The position numbers and the translations under genes were made by a program. The notes below the pieces were generated by a model. It worked only from the letters and a program-made list of their open reading frames with translations. It was not told the origin of the DNA and ran no database searches. 64,000 bases of DNA from Catajapyx aquilonaris. Lineage: Eukaryota. This document shows, in pieces, positions 1 to 30,109 of this stretch. The stretch covers positions 1 to 64,000 of the forward strand of contig KZ538376.1 in the NCBI GenBank assembly GCA_000934665.2. The letters run 5' to 3'. How positions within the stretch are numbered: position 1 is the first letter of the stretch; each line of letters starts with the position of its first letter.

Positions 1-699
1 AATCGGACGAGTAGTTTAGATTTTATAGCCAATTCCACGGCAAGTGTCACTTATGTACTTCTTGAGCCAATAACACATGACGCGTACAGGGGAGAGTCGG
101 GGACTTTTGAGGTTTTACTTAGAATGACATAACAAAGCTCTGGGTGAAACAAAACCTTGGGTATAAATTAGTCCGAAGAAAAAACCTAAAGTTACTGGAC
201 TACACAGGTAGGCTCACTACTTATCAAACACCTCTTCATACTACAATGCGGACTTTGTTGACATTGCAACGACCGGCATTTCGCAAAAAGCTTCCTTCTT
301 GTGCCGGTAGTCCATATTTTCGTAGCGTTTCGTAATGGGTGAATTTATGACCGTGCCCCAATTAGTCCCCATGCTCACCGCGGCATCGGAAGCGTAGAAA
401 ATCCGACTTTTGCTGTCCCACCACCGTTATCCCACACAAAGCACTTGGACGCCATCGTGGGCACATGGGGTGCGTTTTAATATCCATCCGTATCCATCCA
501 TCCAGCATTCCGAAACCACAACGTGTCTGCCAAGTCGTGGCATCGTTTGTGTCTGGTGGATTTGGGGTAACCGCACCATTACCGTCCGTCTTGTGCCCCA
601 TTACTGTAATACATATAGTGCACAACAAGCCAAGGAACGGTGCTGTGGTTTTGCCCATACCGCCATACGCATCTTATTCGCGTCGGTTCTGGGGATCAG

Positions 700-1060
700 A
701 GCCGGCCGTGGGACCCGGCATCAATCGTTGTGGATTCGGAAATCACAGAGTGGTGAGCTGCAGGTAAGTGTCACTTTCTTCTAAGAGGAGCTTGTAATAA
801 GTCTGATACATCTTAAGTGTGTAATTAATCTAAAGAAAAGCAATACATAATTTCACAATTATATATTCAAGTGTATTGGTTATTATAGTCCAAAGACGTT
901 GTGGTAAAGGAAAATTTGGCAACGTCTTTCGGCACCAAGATGGCGAGCTTCGTTGTCCTCGAAAAAAGCGCGCATTTCCCGCCTTGCACGGGTAATGTGG
1001 AGGTGATCTGGAAGGGTGGTCTGCTCTCTCAGCCGGCGAAACTGAGGATGTGAAGTGAGT
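700..1060 (+). promoter_or_regulatory. candidate promoter / non-coding first exon(s) of BRCA2
   Basis: CpG-rich; consensus donor CAG|GTAAGT at 763/764; YY1-type AAGATGGCG at 937-945; second donor GAA|GTGAGT at 1054/1055; the 8413 acceptor needs an upstream exon. Confidence 0.3.
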
Positions 1061-2385
1061 GATACACAACTTATCCTGGGACAATACCACACCGGAAGGT
1101 ATAATCTTGGAAGTGCGAATCATTGTGCTGTCAGCATTACCTTTGTGGACCTTTTGCTGAGCGTAATAATGTAAAATATAATTTGATACCCTGTGATTGC
1201 TTAGCATAAGCTGAATGTTGCTCGGCCTGGCTTACTGCATTTTCAGTCAGATGTGGCAGTTGCACAAGGCAGTTGAGTAGCTACACTAGCTTAAGCCTCA
1301 TGGCCTCATTCACACAGTTTCGGTCCAGTTATTGCAGATGTCTTGAATTTTTCCTGTGAAGATTACCTTTACTAGCAATTATTTAGCTTGCGTTTCTGCT
1401 AATCGGGGAATAATAATAATCATCATCATCACGACATTTCCCTGTAAAGGGTAGTCAGCGATGAAGGGAGACCCAAGCTAACCTAACATATGAACTAAAT
1501 TAAAACTTGTGAAAATAAAACTATAAACTACCCGTCCCACCCCTGCCCATCTCAGACAACAGACACTCAATATTAAATTTAAATGTTACACTATACAACG
1601 CAGTACTTCCCCAAATCAAGTTCCCCCCCCCNAACCCCCCTCGCCCCCAGCCACTACTCCGGACACCCTGACCACACGTGCAGTGCCGGTGAAACAGATT
1701 CAGCCCGGGTGGTGCATAACAAGTAGGGGAGGGGCCGAGGGGGGATCTCATTTTCGAAACTCAAAACAAGTGCAATTATTACGGGATAAATTAGTAAGCG
1801 CAATATGACCAAAAATGATTTTCATTTATTTGAGAGAAAGTGCCTTTCGAATTTTTAAATATGAATTCATCCATTAACTGTTCATCATCAAGTTTGTCGA
1901 CCTATTCTGAATAAATATGCAACATTGTTACGTCGTCAATTGATTGTAGGACATTGTCTTTCGAAGATAATTTTCAGACATTTCAGGACCGATAAACATC
2001 TTTCATTTGTGCATGACGAGCATGACAATTTTTTTCTGTTGATATTTCTTTTCATTTGACCATTTGCTCCCCGATTTTGGGTGGGGAATTTCCCTATGCG
2101 GAATCATTCGGGTGGGGAGTGCTCCACACCCACACCAGGTCTTTCACCGGCACTGCCGACGTGTATGACACCATCCTTGCACCTCATCGACCCCGCCAGG
2201 GACGTCCCCTCTACTCGGCAGAGCGAAGGAAACCTTATCCTCAGGCCTATTTACCTATTTACCCATTAATTAACCTACGCCATTTACACCTATCCAAACA
2301 AACAACCTTAGCCTCAGCCTAGTTCCATGGTCCTATTGACACATGAACGTCTAGGCTTAACACTAGCAACACCCTTACTGCTTAA

Positions 2386-2886
2386 CCCTCGGACGGTGAC
2401 GTGGGCACTTTTTGTGGCCAACGACCCTTTTTTTGCTATAACTTGGAAAGTTTAGGACATTCGAGATTCATCTTTGAGAACATTTTCGTTTGACTCTTTC
2501 TGTCATGAATGATGTTTAGTTTAAATTTTTTGAGCAAATAGCACGATTTGGAAAAAATTAATTAGGCGGCAATGCGTAGTTGGGGCCTGACCAAGATCCG
2601 GTCGGGCGGCTCCCGGTGGCATCCCAGGCCGCCAAGGGGTGGAATCTCCCTACTCCCGGGAGTTGGGCCCGACTGATTTTCTTTCAGATTTTTTTTCTGA
2701 TCGTACTATTTGATCAAAATATGTAAACTAAATGCTATTTGTCGTAGAAGGAATCACACTATAATTGTCTCAAAGGTGAAGCCCAAATGTGCTATATTTC
2801 GCCAGATATAACAAAAAATATGGCCTGGTCACAAAAAGTGCCCATGTCACCGGAGAGCGAACATTTCGCACGTCACCGTCAGAGGG
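2386..2886. mobile_element. piggyBac-type non-autonomous element nested in the RTE
   Basis: TTAA on both sides (2382-2385, 2887-2890); 18-bp TIR CCCTC(G/T)GACGGTGACGTG with 1 mismatch. Confidence 0.9.
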
Positions 2887-3860
2887 TTAAGACACTGACC
2901 CACCTGGTCCAACCATGTCTTCCTAGGCCTATACTTGCCCCTCTTACCAACGACTCCACCCAAATAAACCTTCTTCACAATCTCCTCCTTCATCCTCTCC
3001 ACATGGCCAAACCACCTTAGAGTAGACCTGCACACCCTACCTTTAACAGACTCCTTAACATTACACCTCTGCAAAATCTCATTCCTAATCCTATACAACT
3101 TAGTAACTCCACAAACAGCCCGGAGATAACGCATCTCTGTAGCCAACACCCTACTCTTATGCCTATCCGACCAAACCCACGCTTCACTACCATACATAAG
3201 TGAAGGAACAATAACGTGAGAATAGACAGACAACCTACAGGCAGAAGACAAGCCCTTATTTCTAGAAAACCTACTTGTGGCACCTATCACTTTCAACCCA
3301 GAACTAACTCTCCTATCAATCTCCCCATCCATTCTACCATTACTCTCAAGGACACTACCCAGGTATACAAACTGGTTGACCTGCTCAACCAGTTTTCCTC
3401 GTACCTGCAACATGCAAGGAGAAACCTGCTGTCCTCTCTCAAATACCAATACCTTAGTCTTATCTACATTAATCCTCATACCCCTCTTTTCACAAGCATT
3501 ATCTAACTTGCATAGGATCAACTGTAAATCAGCCTCACTCTCCGCCAGAAGGACAGAATCACCTGCATACAGCAAGTGACTAACTAACTCATCACCAAAC
3601 TGCACTCCTACACCTTCAACCATAGCTTCCCTTACACATGCATCTAAGTACAAGTTAAATAACCAGGGAGACATGACACAACCCTGCTTAACCCCAACAC
3701 TAATGTTAAACCAGTCAGAGAAACCCCCACTAGTTCTAACACAAGCTCTACTCTCTTCATACAATGACTTTACAGCCTCTAGCAGGCGGCCCTTCACTCC
3801 ATAGAGACTCAGAACTTCCCACAAACCTTCCCTACTTACTGTGTCATATGCTTTCTCTAA

Positions 3861-4041
3861 AGGCCCATTCACACAGGCCGTCGACGGTTTTCGTTTAGGT
3901 TTAGGTTTAGGTTTTGGACCAATCAGAGCGGGCCCTCACGGCAACCATGACGCATTGTTTACGTGAGGGCCCGTTCTGATTGGTCCGCGGCGTCGACGAG
4001 ACCAAAAACCAAAACCGTCGACGGCCTGTGTGAATGGGCCT
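3861..4041. mobile_element. PIF/Harbinger-type MITE nested in the RTE RT domain
   Basis: Perfect TIR AGGCCCATTCACACAGGCCGTCGACGGTTTT; TWA flanks; splits the FVD|LEKAYD motif. Confidence 0.88.
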
Positions 4042-4358
4042 TTAGTCTACAAAGGCAACAAAAACCTTCTTGTTTACAGCTAAATACTTTTCTATCACGA
4101 GTCTCATACAGAATATCTGATCTACACAACTCTTACCCAACATAAACCCACTCTGAATATTCAGTATTCTCTGACTTGTGACCCTCTTAACTCTTTCTAT
4201 CAGAACCTTAGCATACACCTTTCCTGGTACACTTAACAAACTAATGGCACGATAATTCTTGCAGTCACACACATCTCCCTTACCCTTATACTGAGGTACT
4301 ATAATAGCATACCTCCAATCCCTAGGAACTGCACCATTCTCAAAAGAAACGCTACATA

Positions 4359-4368
4359 AATAATAATG

Positions 4369-4421
<53 letters not shown>

Positions 4422-4750
4422 CCTGGGTAAGGGCTTTCACCCCCGGTGTGGGTATATCACACGGAACCTTTATTGAACCATTATGTACATGGAGCCAATT
4501 ATTTGAAGAGCCCGGGCCCACGGGCAGGATGACAGGAGGGGATGTGCAAAGTGCAAATGCGCTGTCTTGTATGGGTACATTTTGTGAACTCCCGCAGGTG
4601 GTTTGTCTAATGGAAGTACCACCCAAGACGAAGCCAGAGACGACGGCGTAACTCTTCACGAGAGGAAGGGGGTGTCCCCGGGCTGGGATTGAACCTGGGA
4701 CCTTAACATCCGTGGGCGCGTACATTACCGCAGCGCCACTTTGCCTCCCT
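4359..4750 (-). mobile_element. tRNA-derived SINE, family A
   Basis: A box TGGCGCTGCGG, B box GGTTCAATCCC, (TAT)n tail; homologous to 19575 and 27741 copies. Confidence 0.88.
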
Positions 4751-5160
4751 TGCTAATCGGGGAATGAAGAATAAAGAAAACGAGTTTGCCTGAAGGAGTC
4801 CAAAGGAAACTGTACTTACCATGGTGTGTTTCACCTCTCATGATTCCCAATAGGTTGGCCAACTAGAATTCAAATGGAGTACCGTATTACGGTATTGTAG
4901 TGTTCCTCATGAGGAACACCCCGATGAGTAATAGGCACCGGACAGCTTTGATATAAATATATTCTCCAGCTCAGGTAAAACACGTCTGTTCTATCAGACA
5001 ATCAGTTCACAACTCCTCCCAAACAACTCCCAACACTATATGTACACTGCTCCCATAGCAACGGTTTTCAATGCACAACTCGACCTGACAACAATACACT
5101 AAAGTTCTGTTGCCAGGACCCGAACCACTACAGTATCTAAACTGCATATTTAAAACTGGA

Positions 5161-5590
5161 CTAGAAAAACCTTCGCTACTCTTGCATTTTTCTATGGCAC
5201 AGGCGTAGACAACCACTCACTTCGCTCCCTTTTTTCTAGGCCTACAGCCTGCAGTGCCTACCATATTTTTAATCGCTTCGGATTTGTAGCCAATGTTGAT
5301 GCCCATCCCCAATCATATGCATACACCCGTTCCTCCGTGCATTCACATATCCGTGATTCCGTACCCTGCGACCCATCTGCAATTCCACCTTTGCTTTGCA
5401 TTGGCAGGGAAATATGCATTTTCCCACCTCAACATACCAATACCTTTTGAATTTAAAAAAAAAAAAATTATGGTATGAACAGAAATTCACAACCTCTACT
5501 GCCTCTATATTCGCATGCACTCGCACACATGTGTCTAAATGATATGCACACTTTCCGACCACGTTTTCTAATGGCTCGTAACTCCCCCCT

Positions 5591-5656
<66 letters not shown>

Positions 5657-6442
5657 TTCATACCCCATTATCAGCCTATCGGCCCTTTAGGGGGGAAGTT
5701 TTGTTTTGCCTGGAACTCTTTGCTTTCATTTTACTGCACTTTTTTGGGATAGGATAGGGACGGAAGGAAGCGGCTGTGGCCTATTAATTACGGAAGCAAC
5801 TCCGGAATTTTTCTGGAAGGTCCGTGAGAAACCACAGAATACCACGGTCAGAGTCGGGATTTGAGCCCAGGACCTCCCGATTAGCAGTCGGACACCATAT
5901 CCCCTACTCCAAACTGCTTCGGTACTCCCCCCTATTATAAACGTCCATGGAACTCTGCAGTGTTTGTATTAGATGATCAAAACACTCATTTCATTCTGCC
6001 TGACATTTTCTTTTGACGTTCTCGACCTATCCCCGGGTTTAGTGTCCATGTAGTTGGCACCACTGATAAACAACATCCCGACCTAGCCTATGTCCGGTTT
6101 ATTGTTTACGATGTTCCAATAATTCGACCATTCCTCCTTCCCCCCCTCCTCTCCCCCTCCCCTGTTGTGAGGTCACTGTGAAGATGTGGGTGGAGGATGG
6201 TGGAAGGGGGGAGGGGTCTTCACGGGAGATGAGATGTGTCCTCGTTGACGTCCAGCAAGCGACTGTGATGTTCTTCCACCCATTGCACATGCTCGGAAAA
6301 GGGGCCAATCCGAAGCATCATGGTAACAATATGTCCAGGTAACAATGGACGGGGCCCAATCGGAACGTGGTGGTAACAACAATATGGGGGCGAACCAATC
6401 TGAGGGCTTATACACACTCCGCAAGCATTTTAATATTATAGA
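5161..6442 (-). mobile_element. non-autonomous Helitron containing a nested SINE
   Basis: 5' TCTATAATATTAAAAT and 3' CTAG, inserted between A and T; colinear with 31877-32821. Confidence 0.85.
5595..5923 (-). mobile_element. tRNA-derived SINE, family B, nested in the Helitron
   Basis: TSD ACTCCCCCCTATTA (5581-5594, 5924-5937); (ATT)n tail; absent from the 31.9-kb Helitron copy. Confidence 0.88.
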
Positions 6443-7221
6443 TTGTAACTGTTCATACTATTCAAACAGTGCATCACAGTATTTCTGTCACATAATAGTT
6501 TAATTAATATCCTGGATCATTTCTGAGTGTCTGTGTTTGGCAGTGAAATCAGCAGCTGGATATGAAATGCAAGTTGGGAGGAGTAACATTCAGACACTTG
6601 CTTCAAGTAGCCTACTAATTTCAGTTTTTGTCAAGGGCTGCCACAATAAACGCTCCGTCGCTGACGTGGGGGCATTTTGACCCCAGCACCACATTTTAAA
6701 TTATAACTAAAGAAGTTTTGGTCATTTTCGTTTGTCCTTTACGAACTTCTTCAATTGGTTACTGACACAAATATTAGCATTCAGTTTGAAATTTTAGAGC
6801 AATTACTGCGATCACAAAAAATTAACTATGAAATGATGCGTAGAGTAAGGGCAGCAGGGGAGAGGTGGCCGGGAGTGATGAATATGTGTTTCTGCAGGGG
6901 GCACATTTCGGAGGATTAAGATACGGTGATTCAAGTAAATCCTCTTTTTTCACCAAATGCAATATCTGTACTTATTGTGCCATTGTATCATATCGCAAAA
7001 GATGTTAAATCTTGCTTGAAGGTGCTAAAAAGTCAAAATACATTATTTTGGGGGAGAAGAAGTTGGAAAAATTCATTGTTGAAAATTGTTGTACGCTCTT
7101 ACTTAGGGGCTGCTGCCCCTGAAATATATGTGAATTTGCTTTGATATAAATGTTGAAACTGGTGTGGTGGGGATGACCAATGCCACTAAACCAAAAGAAG
7201 GGAATTTAATTGGTGACTATA

Positions 7222-7954
7222 CAGGGTGAATACTGTAACTTTGGCAAAAATCACAGGGTGGGTAGTGTAGACCAAGACAAGTATTTTTGACATAGGAACC
7301 CATGTCCGGAAATGCCCCCGTACGGGGGTACGGCCGTTTCCCGCACAATATTTGGATGCAGCCAAAAGCCTGAACAACAATCGTTGTTTGGCTGTTTACA
7401 TAGCAATTCAAGATCCCAACCCGCTTAAAGCACGTCAACACTCCAAAAACTGTCGTCTCTGATTCGCTGGAGTAAGAATGACACCAAGGAATCAGAGACG
7501 ACCTTACATAACAAGTTGGCGACTCTCTTCTTTAAGGGTCTCTAGTTGCGCCTGGTGGATAGGCAACCCACCGTACTCGAAACTTGCGTTCATCAGGTGT
7601 GTCGCGTGTGAAGGAGACGAAGGTGGACAATTGCGAGTGTCAAGTGCCGAACGGAGGATTTTATTAGATCAAGGTCAGCCAACTCAGTTACACAGATTTT
7701 AGTCATGAAAGATGGAACTAATGGATGACACAATTTTATTACCATGCGTCATTGTGTTGGGATCTTGAATTGCTATGTAAACAGCCAAACAACGATTGTT
7801 GTTCAGGCCTTTGGCTGCATCCAAATATTGTGCGGGAAACAGCCGTACCCCCGTACGGGGGCATTTCCGGACATGGGTTCCTATGTCAAAAATACTTGTC
7901 TTGGTCTACACTACCCACCCTGTGATTTTTGCCAAAGTTACAGTATTCACCCTG
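7222..7954. mobile_element. Tc1/mariner-type MITE with ~200-bp TIRs
   Basis: TA|CAGGGTG...CACCCTG|TA; arms 7222-7420 and 7756-7954 nearly identical. Confidence 0.9.
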
Positions 7955-8472
7955 TAGATCAATCAACATAGGTGACTATAGAACGCAACAGAGTGTGGCG
8001 CACTGGATGCAATCCTGGGATGAGAAGTGCTCTGTGCGTAAGCACGATATGATCTGGTGTATGTTACACTTATTTCTGACACTGGAATGGCCATACAGAT
8101 CACTTCTGATTCCAGTATTGCATCCTGTGCGCCACGGTGATGCACACTCGGTTGCATTCTTATGTTGACCGATCTATAATGACATTCAACAAATGAAGGA
8201 TTTCTATAAATAATATATTGTGGACATGGACATGTGCCAATTTGGGCATGTTGCAAAATTATTTGAAGATTTTAGGAGACAAGGGGAAGCACCTTTTGAG
8301 TTTAGTAATCACTTCAATAGCCTTGTGAATAGTATTCTGGCAAGGCAGTGATTTATGATTGATTTGAGATTCCAGTCCAGAGCATATGTTACTTTTCATG
8401 TTATTCATTTCAGATGCTGCTAGATTTAAGGTAATCCTGAAAAGTGGGATTTAATATCCCCTGAGTGCAACC

Positions 8473-25354
<16,882 letters not shown>

Positions 25355-25672
25355 TTACACAACAGTCCTCCAAGACTTCATCTGGTGGTAGAGTTGCCAA
25401 AATCTGAGAAAGTTATGCAGAAGTTCAAAGTTCCAGTTATGAAGCTCAGTGATGCAATATAAGTACCTATTTCTGAGTTGTGTGCCAGTATTGGTTTGTT
25501 AGAAGTGTGATCTTTAATTTTTAATTTTTATGTATTTGGAGAATCTTTATTACCTATATAGTGTTTGTTGCAATGTTGCCCTTTGTTTTGTAATCCATAT
25601 AATCATATTTTTGTAATTTTAATTGTTTAATTTTCATACTGCAAGAATTGACAGAACTTCTTGAGTTTATAG

Positions 25673-25853
25673 AATAAATTGCTTTTTGCAAAGTGAAACT
25701 ATACTTTTTGTCAGGATAAGAAGATGGACTTGGGTAAATGGTTGACAAGCAGAAGAAAATTCATTTTCGGTGCTTGTAGTAATCTTGCTTTTTCATGAGA
25801 AAAAGTTGTATGCAATGCAAGCAAAAAATATATATTGTGGCAATACAAATAAA
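25673..25853 (+). terminator. candidate BRCA2 polyadenylation signals
   Basis: AATAAA at 25673-25678 and 25848-25853 in AT-rich sequence after the last exon. Confidence 0.45.
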
Positions 25854-26456
25854 GTTCCTGGATGGAAAGTGATACTACACAATGGTGCTACCATGTTCAT
25901 TCAAGACTGAAATGCCATAGGCTTTTGGACTTTATTACTTAGCTGTGTCTACATTTTTGCCAATAATGGTATGACCTTCTTGGCAAGTGAATACCACTCG
26001 TACAGTAGCTACATACAGTATGTATATGCGTAGCAGAAATCAGCCTGAAGTCTTCTGTCATAAATATTTTCCAGCGCATAGGGGAGCATCAAATTGCTGT
26101 TTGTGAGTCTACTAGTTGGACATGCTTATTGTTGAGGTAATTTGTTTTTGTGAAGGTGTGTTCCCAAGCTCGCAAAATTGGTTGTAACCAAAGTGTGAAT
26201 GTAGTGTAGCCTACCTTGTTTGTTTGTTGGTTCAACCCACGGACTACTCCGCGAACGTATGGAGTTCAAGAATTGGCTTTCCATTCTTGCTCATGCTTTC
26301 ACTAAGGCTGTCTCACAAGCTTGGGAACCCATGGGAAGGCTGATTGCACTGCGACATTATGTTGAATTTATTGAGTTTGATGCCATCTAATTGTTCACCT
26401 CGAGGCCATGAGAAGTGGCAATAACTGGTGCTGGACGGAACATTCTGTATGCTACA

Positions 26457-26684
26457 CAGTGATGTAGCCAGGATTCCAGTTTGGGGGGAGGGCACAAACC
26501 GAAAAGGGCGGGGCGGGGGGAGGAGGCGGAAGTTTTTTGGTTCAAGGTCACACGAGCTTAGGTAAATGTGGGAGATTTGAATGCGTGTGTATTTGATGAA
26601 AGTAGCACCTTTTCCCCCCAAAAATTAGTAATTTGAAAACATGATTTTTAAAAAAACCCACAAGAGTTCGGGGCTACGTCACTG
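26457..26684. mobile_element. hAT-type MITE
   Basis: TIR CAGTGA(T/C)GTAGCC; 8-bp TSD ATGCTACA / ATGCTACG. Confidence 0.8.
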
Positions 26685-26692
26685 ATGCTACG

Positions 26693-26965
26693 TATAATGG
26701 ATACTCCATGATAGGTCCTCTTGGGCATTTTAGGGGATCATCTTTTAATTACCCTACTTTAATCATTGCCTATGTTGTGATGGGTTTTGATTGTGGGAGG
26801 AAACGGGAGATCTCCGAGATCACCCACGCGAACACGGAGAGAACCCATCGAAACTCTATCCACATAAGTATCCACTGTCCGACTCGGGGATCGAACTCAA
26901 GACCATATAGGTCTATGCTCAAGACCTTAGAGGTGGAAGACTGTGGCGATAACCACTACAGCCTT
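26693..26965 (-). mobile_element. tRNA-derived SINE, family C (degenerate)
   Basis: Homologous to 62244-62500. Confidence 0.8.
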
Positions 26966-27740
26966 CTGTATATGCTATTCATAGAGACTGCCCTACACTG
27001 GAGTTGTGCTGTTTCATCTTGGTTGCAGCGGAGGACAAACTATGATTTCACTCGGGCCGGGCAGTTCCTGACAAACATTCTCACTAATTTGTTTATGGGT
27101 GATTCTCCAAAAACTTGCAATTTTCAAAGCAAAAATGAATGAATTTCAAAACTTGTTTTTAAAAATCTGGAAAAATTCACACTTACTCTATATGAGGTCA
27201 CAAACAAGGGAAAAATAGGGGGACCTAACTCATATTCTAAAGTGGTTGAAACCTTCCAGGATTAATTTTGCAGTTAACTGCAATAATTCTTATTGGACGT
27301 AGTTCCTCATAATATTAGATCAACAAGTGAAACTCAGTTTTTAAATATCTGTCCCCCAAGTATAGTGAAACCCTGAGCTCAAAAGTCGATAATTTGGAAT
27401 ATTTTTTTCCACTTGAAATGACCACAGCAGGCACTCAAAAGATGCCGGAATTTTAATATTAATTTTTCAGACACTAGTTTATGATGGCCAGTTTTATGAG
27501 TCGCATCTTGTTCAAGAACGATAATTTTGTTAAAATATTAATAACTTATTATTCAATAACTTATTATTGCCGGGAGTTTGGTAGGCTCCAGAAGAATGAC
27601 CTTCGGGTGCATTAGGATTAATATCACGGTCCAGAACAATAAAAGAATAGAAATTTCTGTCAGGTGATGACATCCCTTCATGCCATGGAATCACAGTTAT
27701 TTCAAAACATTTGAGTTATTATGTGTCATAGAAAAGTGAG

Positions 27741-28066
27741 AGGGAGGTGGAGTGACGCTGCGGTAACGGATGTAAGGGTCCCGGGTTCGATCCCAGCACG
27801 GGCATTCTCCCCTTCATCTCGTGCGGAGTTAAGCGGTCGTCTCTGGCTTCGTCTCGGGTGGAATCTCCGATAGACTAATCCACCCGGGAGAGTTCAAAAA
27901 ATGTACCGTTACAGACATTGCACTTGCACCTTGCACATCCCCTCCTAGCCACCCTCGCATCCGGGCGTTTCGCAAAAAGGTACCAATATGTACACATTGT
28001 ACTCGAGGTTATAAAGAAAATAAAGGTCCGTGCAATACTCCTGAGGAGGTGGTCCGCACAACCCAA

Positions 28067-28140
<74 letters not shown>
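27741..28140 (+). mobile_element. tRNA-derived SINE, family A
   Basis: 12-bp TSD TAGAAAAGTGAG; B box GGTTCGATCCC; (TTA)n tail. Confidence 0.9.
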
Positions 28141-28142
<2 letters not shown>

Positions 28143-29653
28143 GAAAAGTGAGCCAGGCGTGTGAGCGCAAAATGTGCTGTATAACTGAATTTAAAACTCC
28201 TTAATTTTTAACCCACTGACAGCAATCTTAGTTAAATCAAGGTGTCATGGAGAAGCTGTTATTTTTTATTTTTTTATTTTTTTATTTTAAATTTAGGTAC
28301 CCCTTACTCAAGCCCTCGGCTTGTTTGTGGGGATACACACTATGGAGTAGCAGTGTTGCCAAGTAACGGAGTAAAAAATCCATTTGTTTCACTCCAAATT
28401 GTTTAAAAAATATCCTGATCTGCAGGGGAGTAACATGAAAACTCGGGACACCCTTTGGAGTGATGCAGCAAGGTCATGTCAAATGATTAAATAGTTTTTC
28501 AAACGTTGTTTATACATTCAAGTATGTAAAATTTAATTATACGTGGTGTCCACAATGAACCTCCCTCCCTAGTTTCAAAGAGCGGTAAAAAATTGAAATG
28601 CAGAGGTAGGCTATCTAAGGTTTTTGTGGTTTAAGGGGGCGCTACAGTCAAAAAGCAAAGGTTTTGTAAAAAAAAATAGCCAAAAAAATCCATTAGGGAC
28701 AAGAAGTTGGGACTTCATTTTCATGAATGTACATAAGTCAAAGACCTATTAGCGCATATAATCGAATCACGTTCGTGTGTCGAAGGGCCTCCAGGGCCGC
28801 GTGACGCCACGCCACTGTCGACACGATTTAGGACGCTGGGGTCAACCTACGACCACTGTGATGTAGTGTAAGAACTTTGGTGACAGATGACTTTCTGGAT
28901 TGGAAAGTAACATAAAATCGTAAACCCATTGACAAGTTTGTGTTTTCAATGACTCACTTTTGTATAACTTATCAAAATAAGTTTTTTTTTACACTGAAGC
29001 AACTGATTTATGAATGCAAAAATGAGCCTCAGTAGGTCTAATTATCTGGCACATAGTAAGTTATTGTGAAGATACCTCAACATTTTAGTTTTGGCTGTTG
29101 TCTCTTCTCCTGCCCCAAATGTATTGCACGGAACATTTGGACAACCCCTTCTGATTCCTGGATTACGTCAGAGGTGCCAATAAACATGCAGGATGAGCTA
29201 AAACAAGTCAACGTGGAGAAAATTAGGGGTATACCATGTTAGAAAGCTGTTAGTCATGTTTTACTTTTTAGGAAGTGAAAAACATTCGATATCTATGAAC
29301 CTTTTCTAAATGCAACTAATATTGAATTTTCTGACATGCCTACCTCAGAGTAATGTTTCTCTCGCGAGAGAAACATTACTCTGAGGTAGGCTACTAGTTG
29401 TAATTTAAGAAACAATTTTGGACAGGTGCATTTATTTATTTGGACGTGGAATTGAAAATTAAATGCGTCAATCGGTTTTTGGCGTATCTTATTAGGAATG
29501 TTCTTTTATGTGAGTACCTTAGAAAATATTGTTTGTTTCTGGATTGAAACTGGATCAGAACGGAATCCGCATTTTCCGATTTCTTGATTTTTTCAGTCAT
29601 TCAGGCACTGTTTTAGCACAGTTTTCATCATGCCTGTTCAGGCTAGTAACAGT

Positions 29654-29769
29654 GGGGTGAATTTTCGTCCTACTGCTAGTAATTACTGCTAACATAGCAG
29701 TAACACTGCCAACACTGGTACGGTACTGCTAAGTTAGCAGTAACTAGCAGTGGGACGAAAATTCCACCC
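29654..29769. mobile_element. palindromic MITE (same family as 14692-14800)
   Basis: GGGGTGAATTTTCGTCC...GGACGAAAATTCCACCC. Confidence 0.7.
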
Positions 29770-30109
29770 ATTGACAGCAAATGTATAAATGGGTTGGAAT
29801 GGGCTTGTGGCACCTTGACCCCACCGTCCACTTCTTTCCCATCCTCATATGAAAGTCATATTGCACTTGGACACAACTACCTGGACCACCAAGAATGTGC
29901 TGCCACCTTTAATTGAAGTTGTGCACTCGGCGGACAAGCGACTTTTTGAACTGGTGCCCCTGCCATGTTTCATGCTGCAGCATATGAACTGATGAGTCGG
30001 GTCAGACATATCAGCACATGGCAGCCTATCCTGCATACCTCCATGGGATAGGTACTGTACAGTCTAACATGTATGGAAGTGGCTAGTGTGATTTAGATAA
30101 ATAGCCTAC

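Larger units (their letters stand above)
1412..4358 (-). mobile_element. 5'-truncated RTE-clade non-LTR retrotransposon (RT pseudogene, 3' UTR, (GAT)n(ATT)n tail), interrupted by two MITEs
   Basis: PRDWRYAIIVP.YKGKGD..DCKNYRAISLLS, QSGF..GKSCVDQIF, AFVD|LEKAYDTV, GVKQGCVMSPWLFNLY, LLYAGDSVL (YADD mutated), LRWFGHVERM, RPRKTWLDQV; C-terminal EAKVVCLDRCKWRRLI near 2270-2320. Confidence 0.92.

Noticed and set aside
362..784. Overlapping 98-124 aa ORFs at the window start
   Set aside because: No recognisable domain; open on both strands as expected for GC-richer non-coding DNA
3893..3915. Interstitial telomeric repeat
   Set aside because: Only about 3 TTTAGG units, internal to the Harbinger MITE, and not the arthropod TTAGG array
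4042..4725. 227-aa ORF with poly-Tyr as a real protein
   Set aside because: Chance read-through of SINE body and (TAT)n tail into the RTE fragment; it stops at the MITE
4812..4830. - strand ATG-only first exon (CACC-ATG|GTAAGT)
   Set aside because: Good consensus, but no compatible downstream exon found in 1-1400; cannot be supported from this window
5269..5690. Poly-Leu/Ile/Asn/Tyr ORFs here and at 19.8, 27.9, 42.8 and 52.6 kb
   Set aside because: Translations of (AAT)n microsatellites or SINE tails
6099..6424. Multi-copy small gene family (similar ORFs at 6.1, 24.2 and 32.0 kb)
   Set aside because: All lie inside copies of one non-autonomous Helitron; similarity appears in all frames
7217..7971. 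Paired identical ORFs on opposite strands (also 10572-10975)
   Set aside because: Produced by MITE inverted repeats
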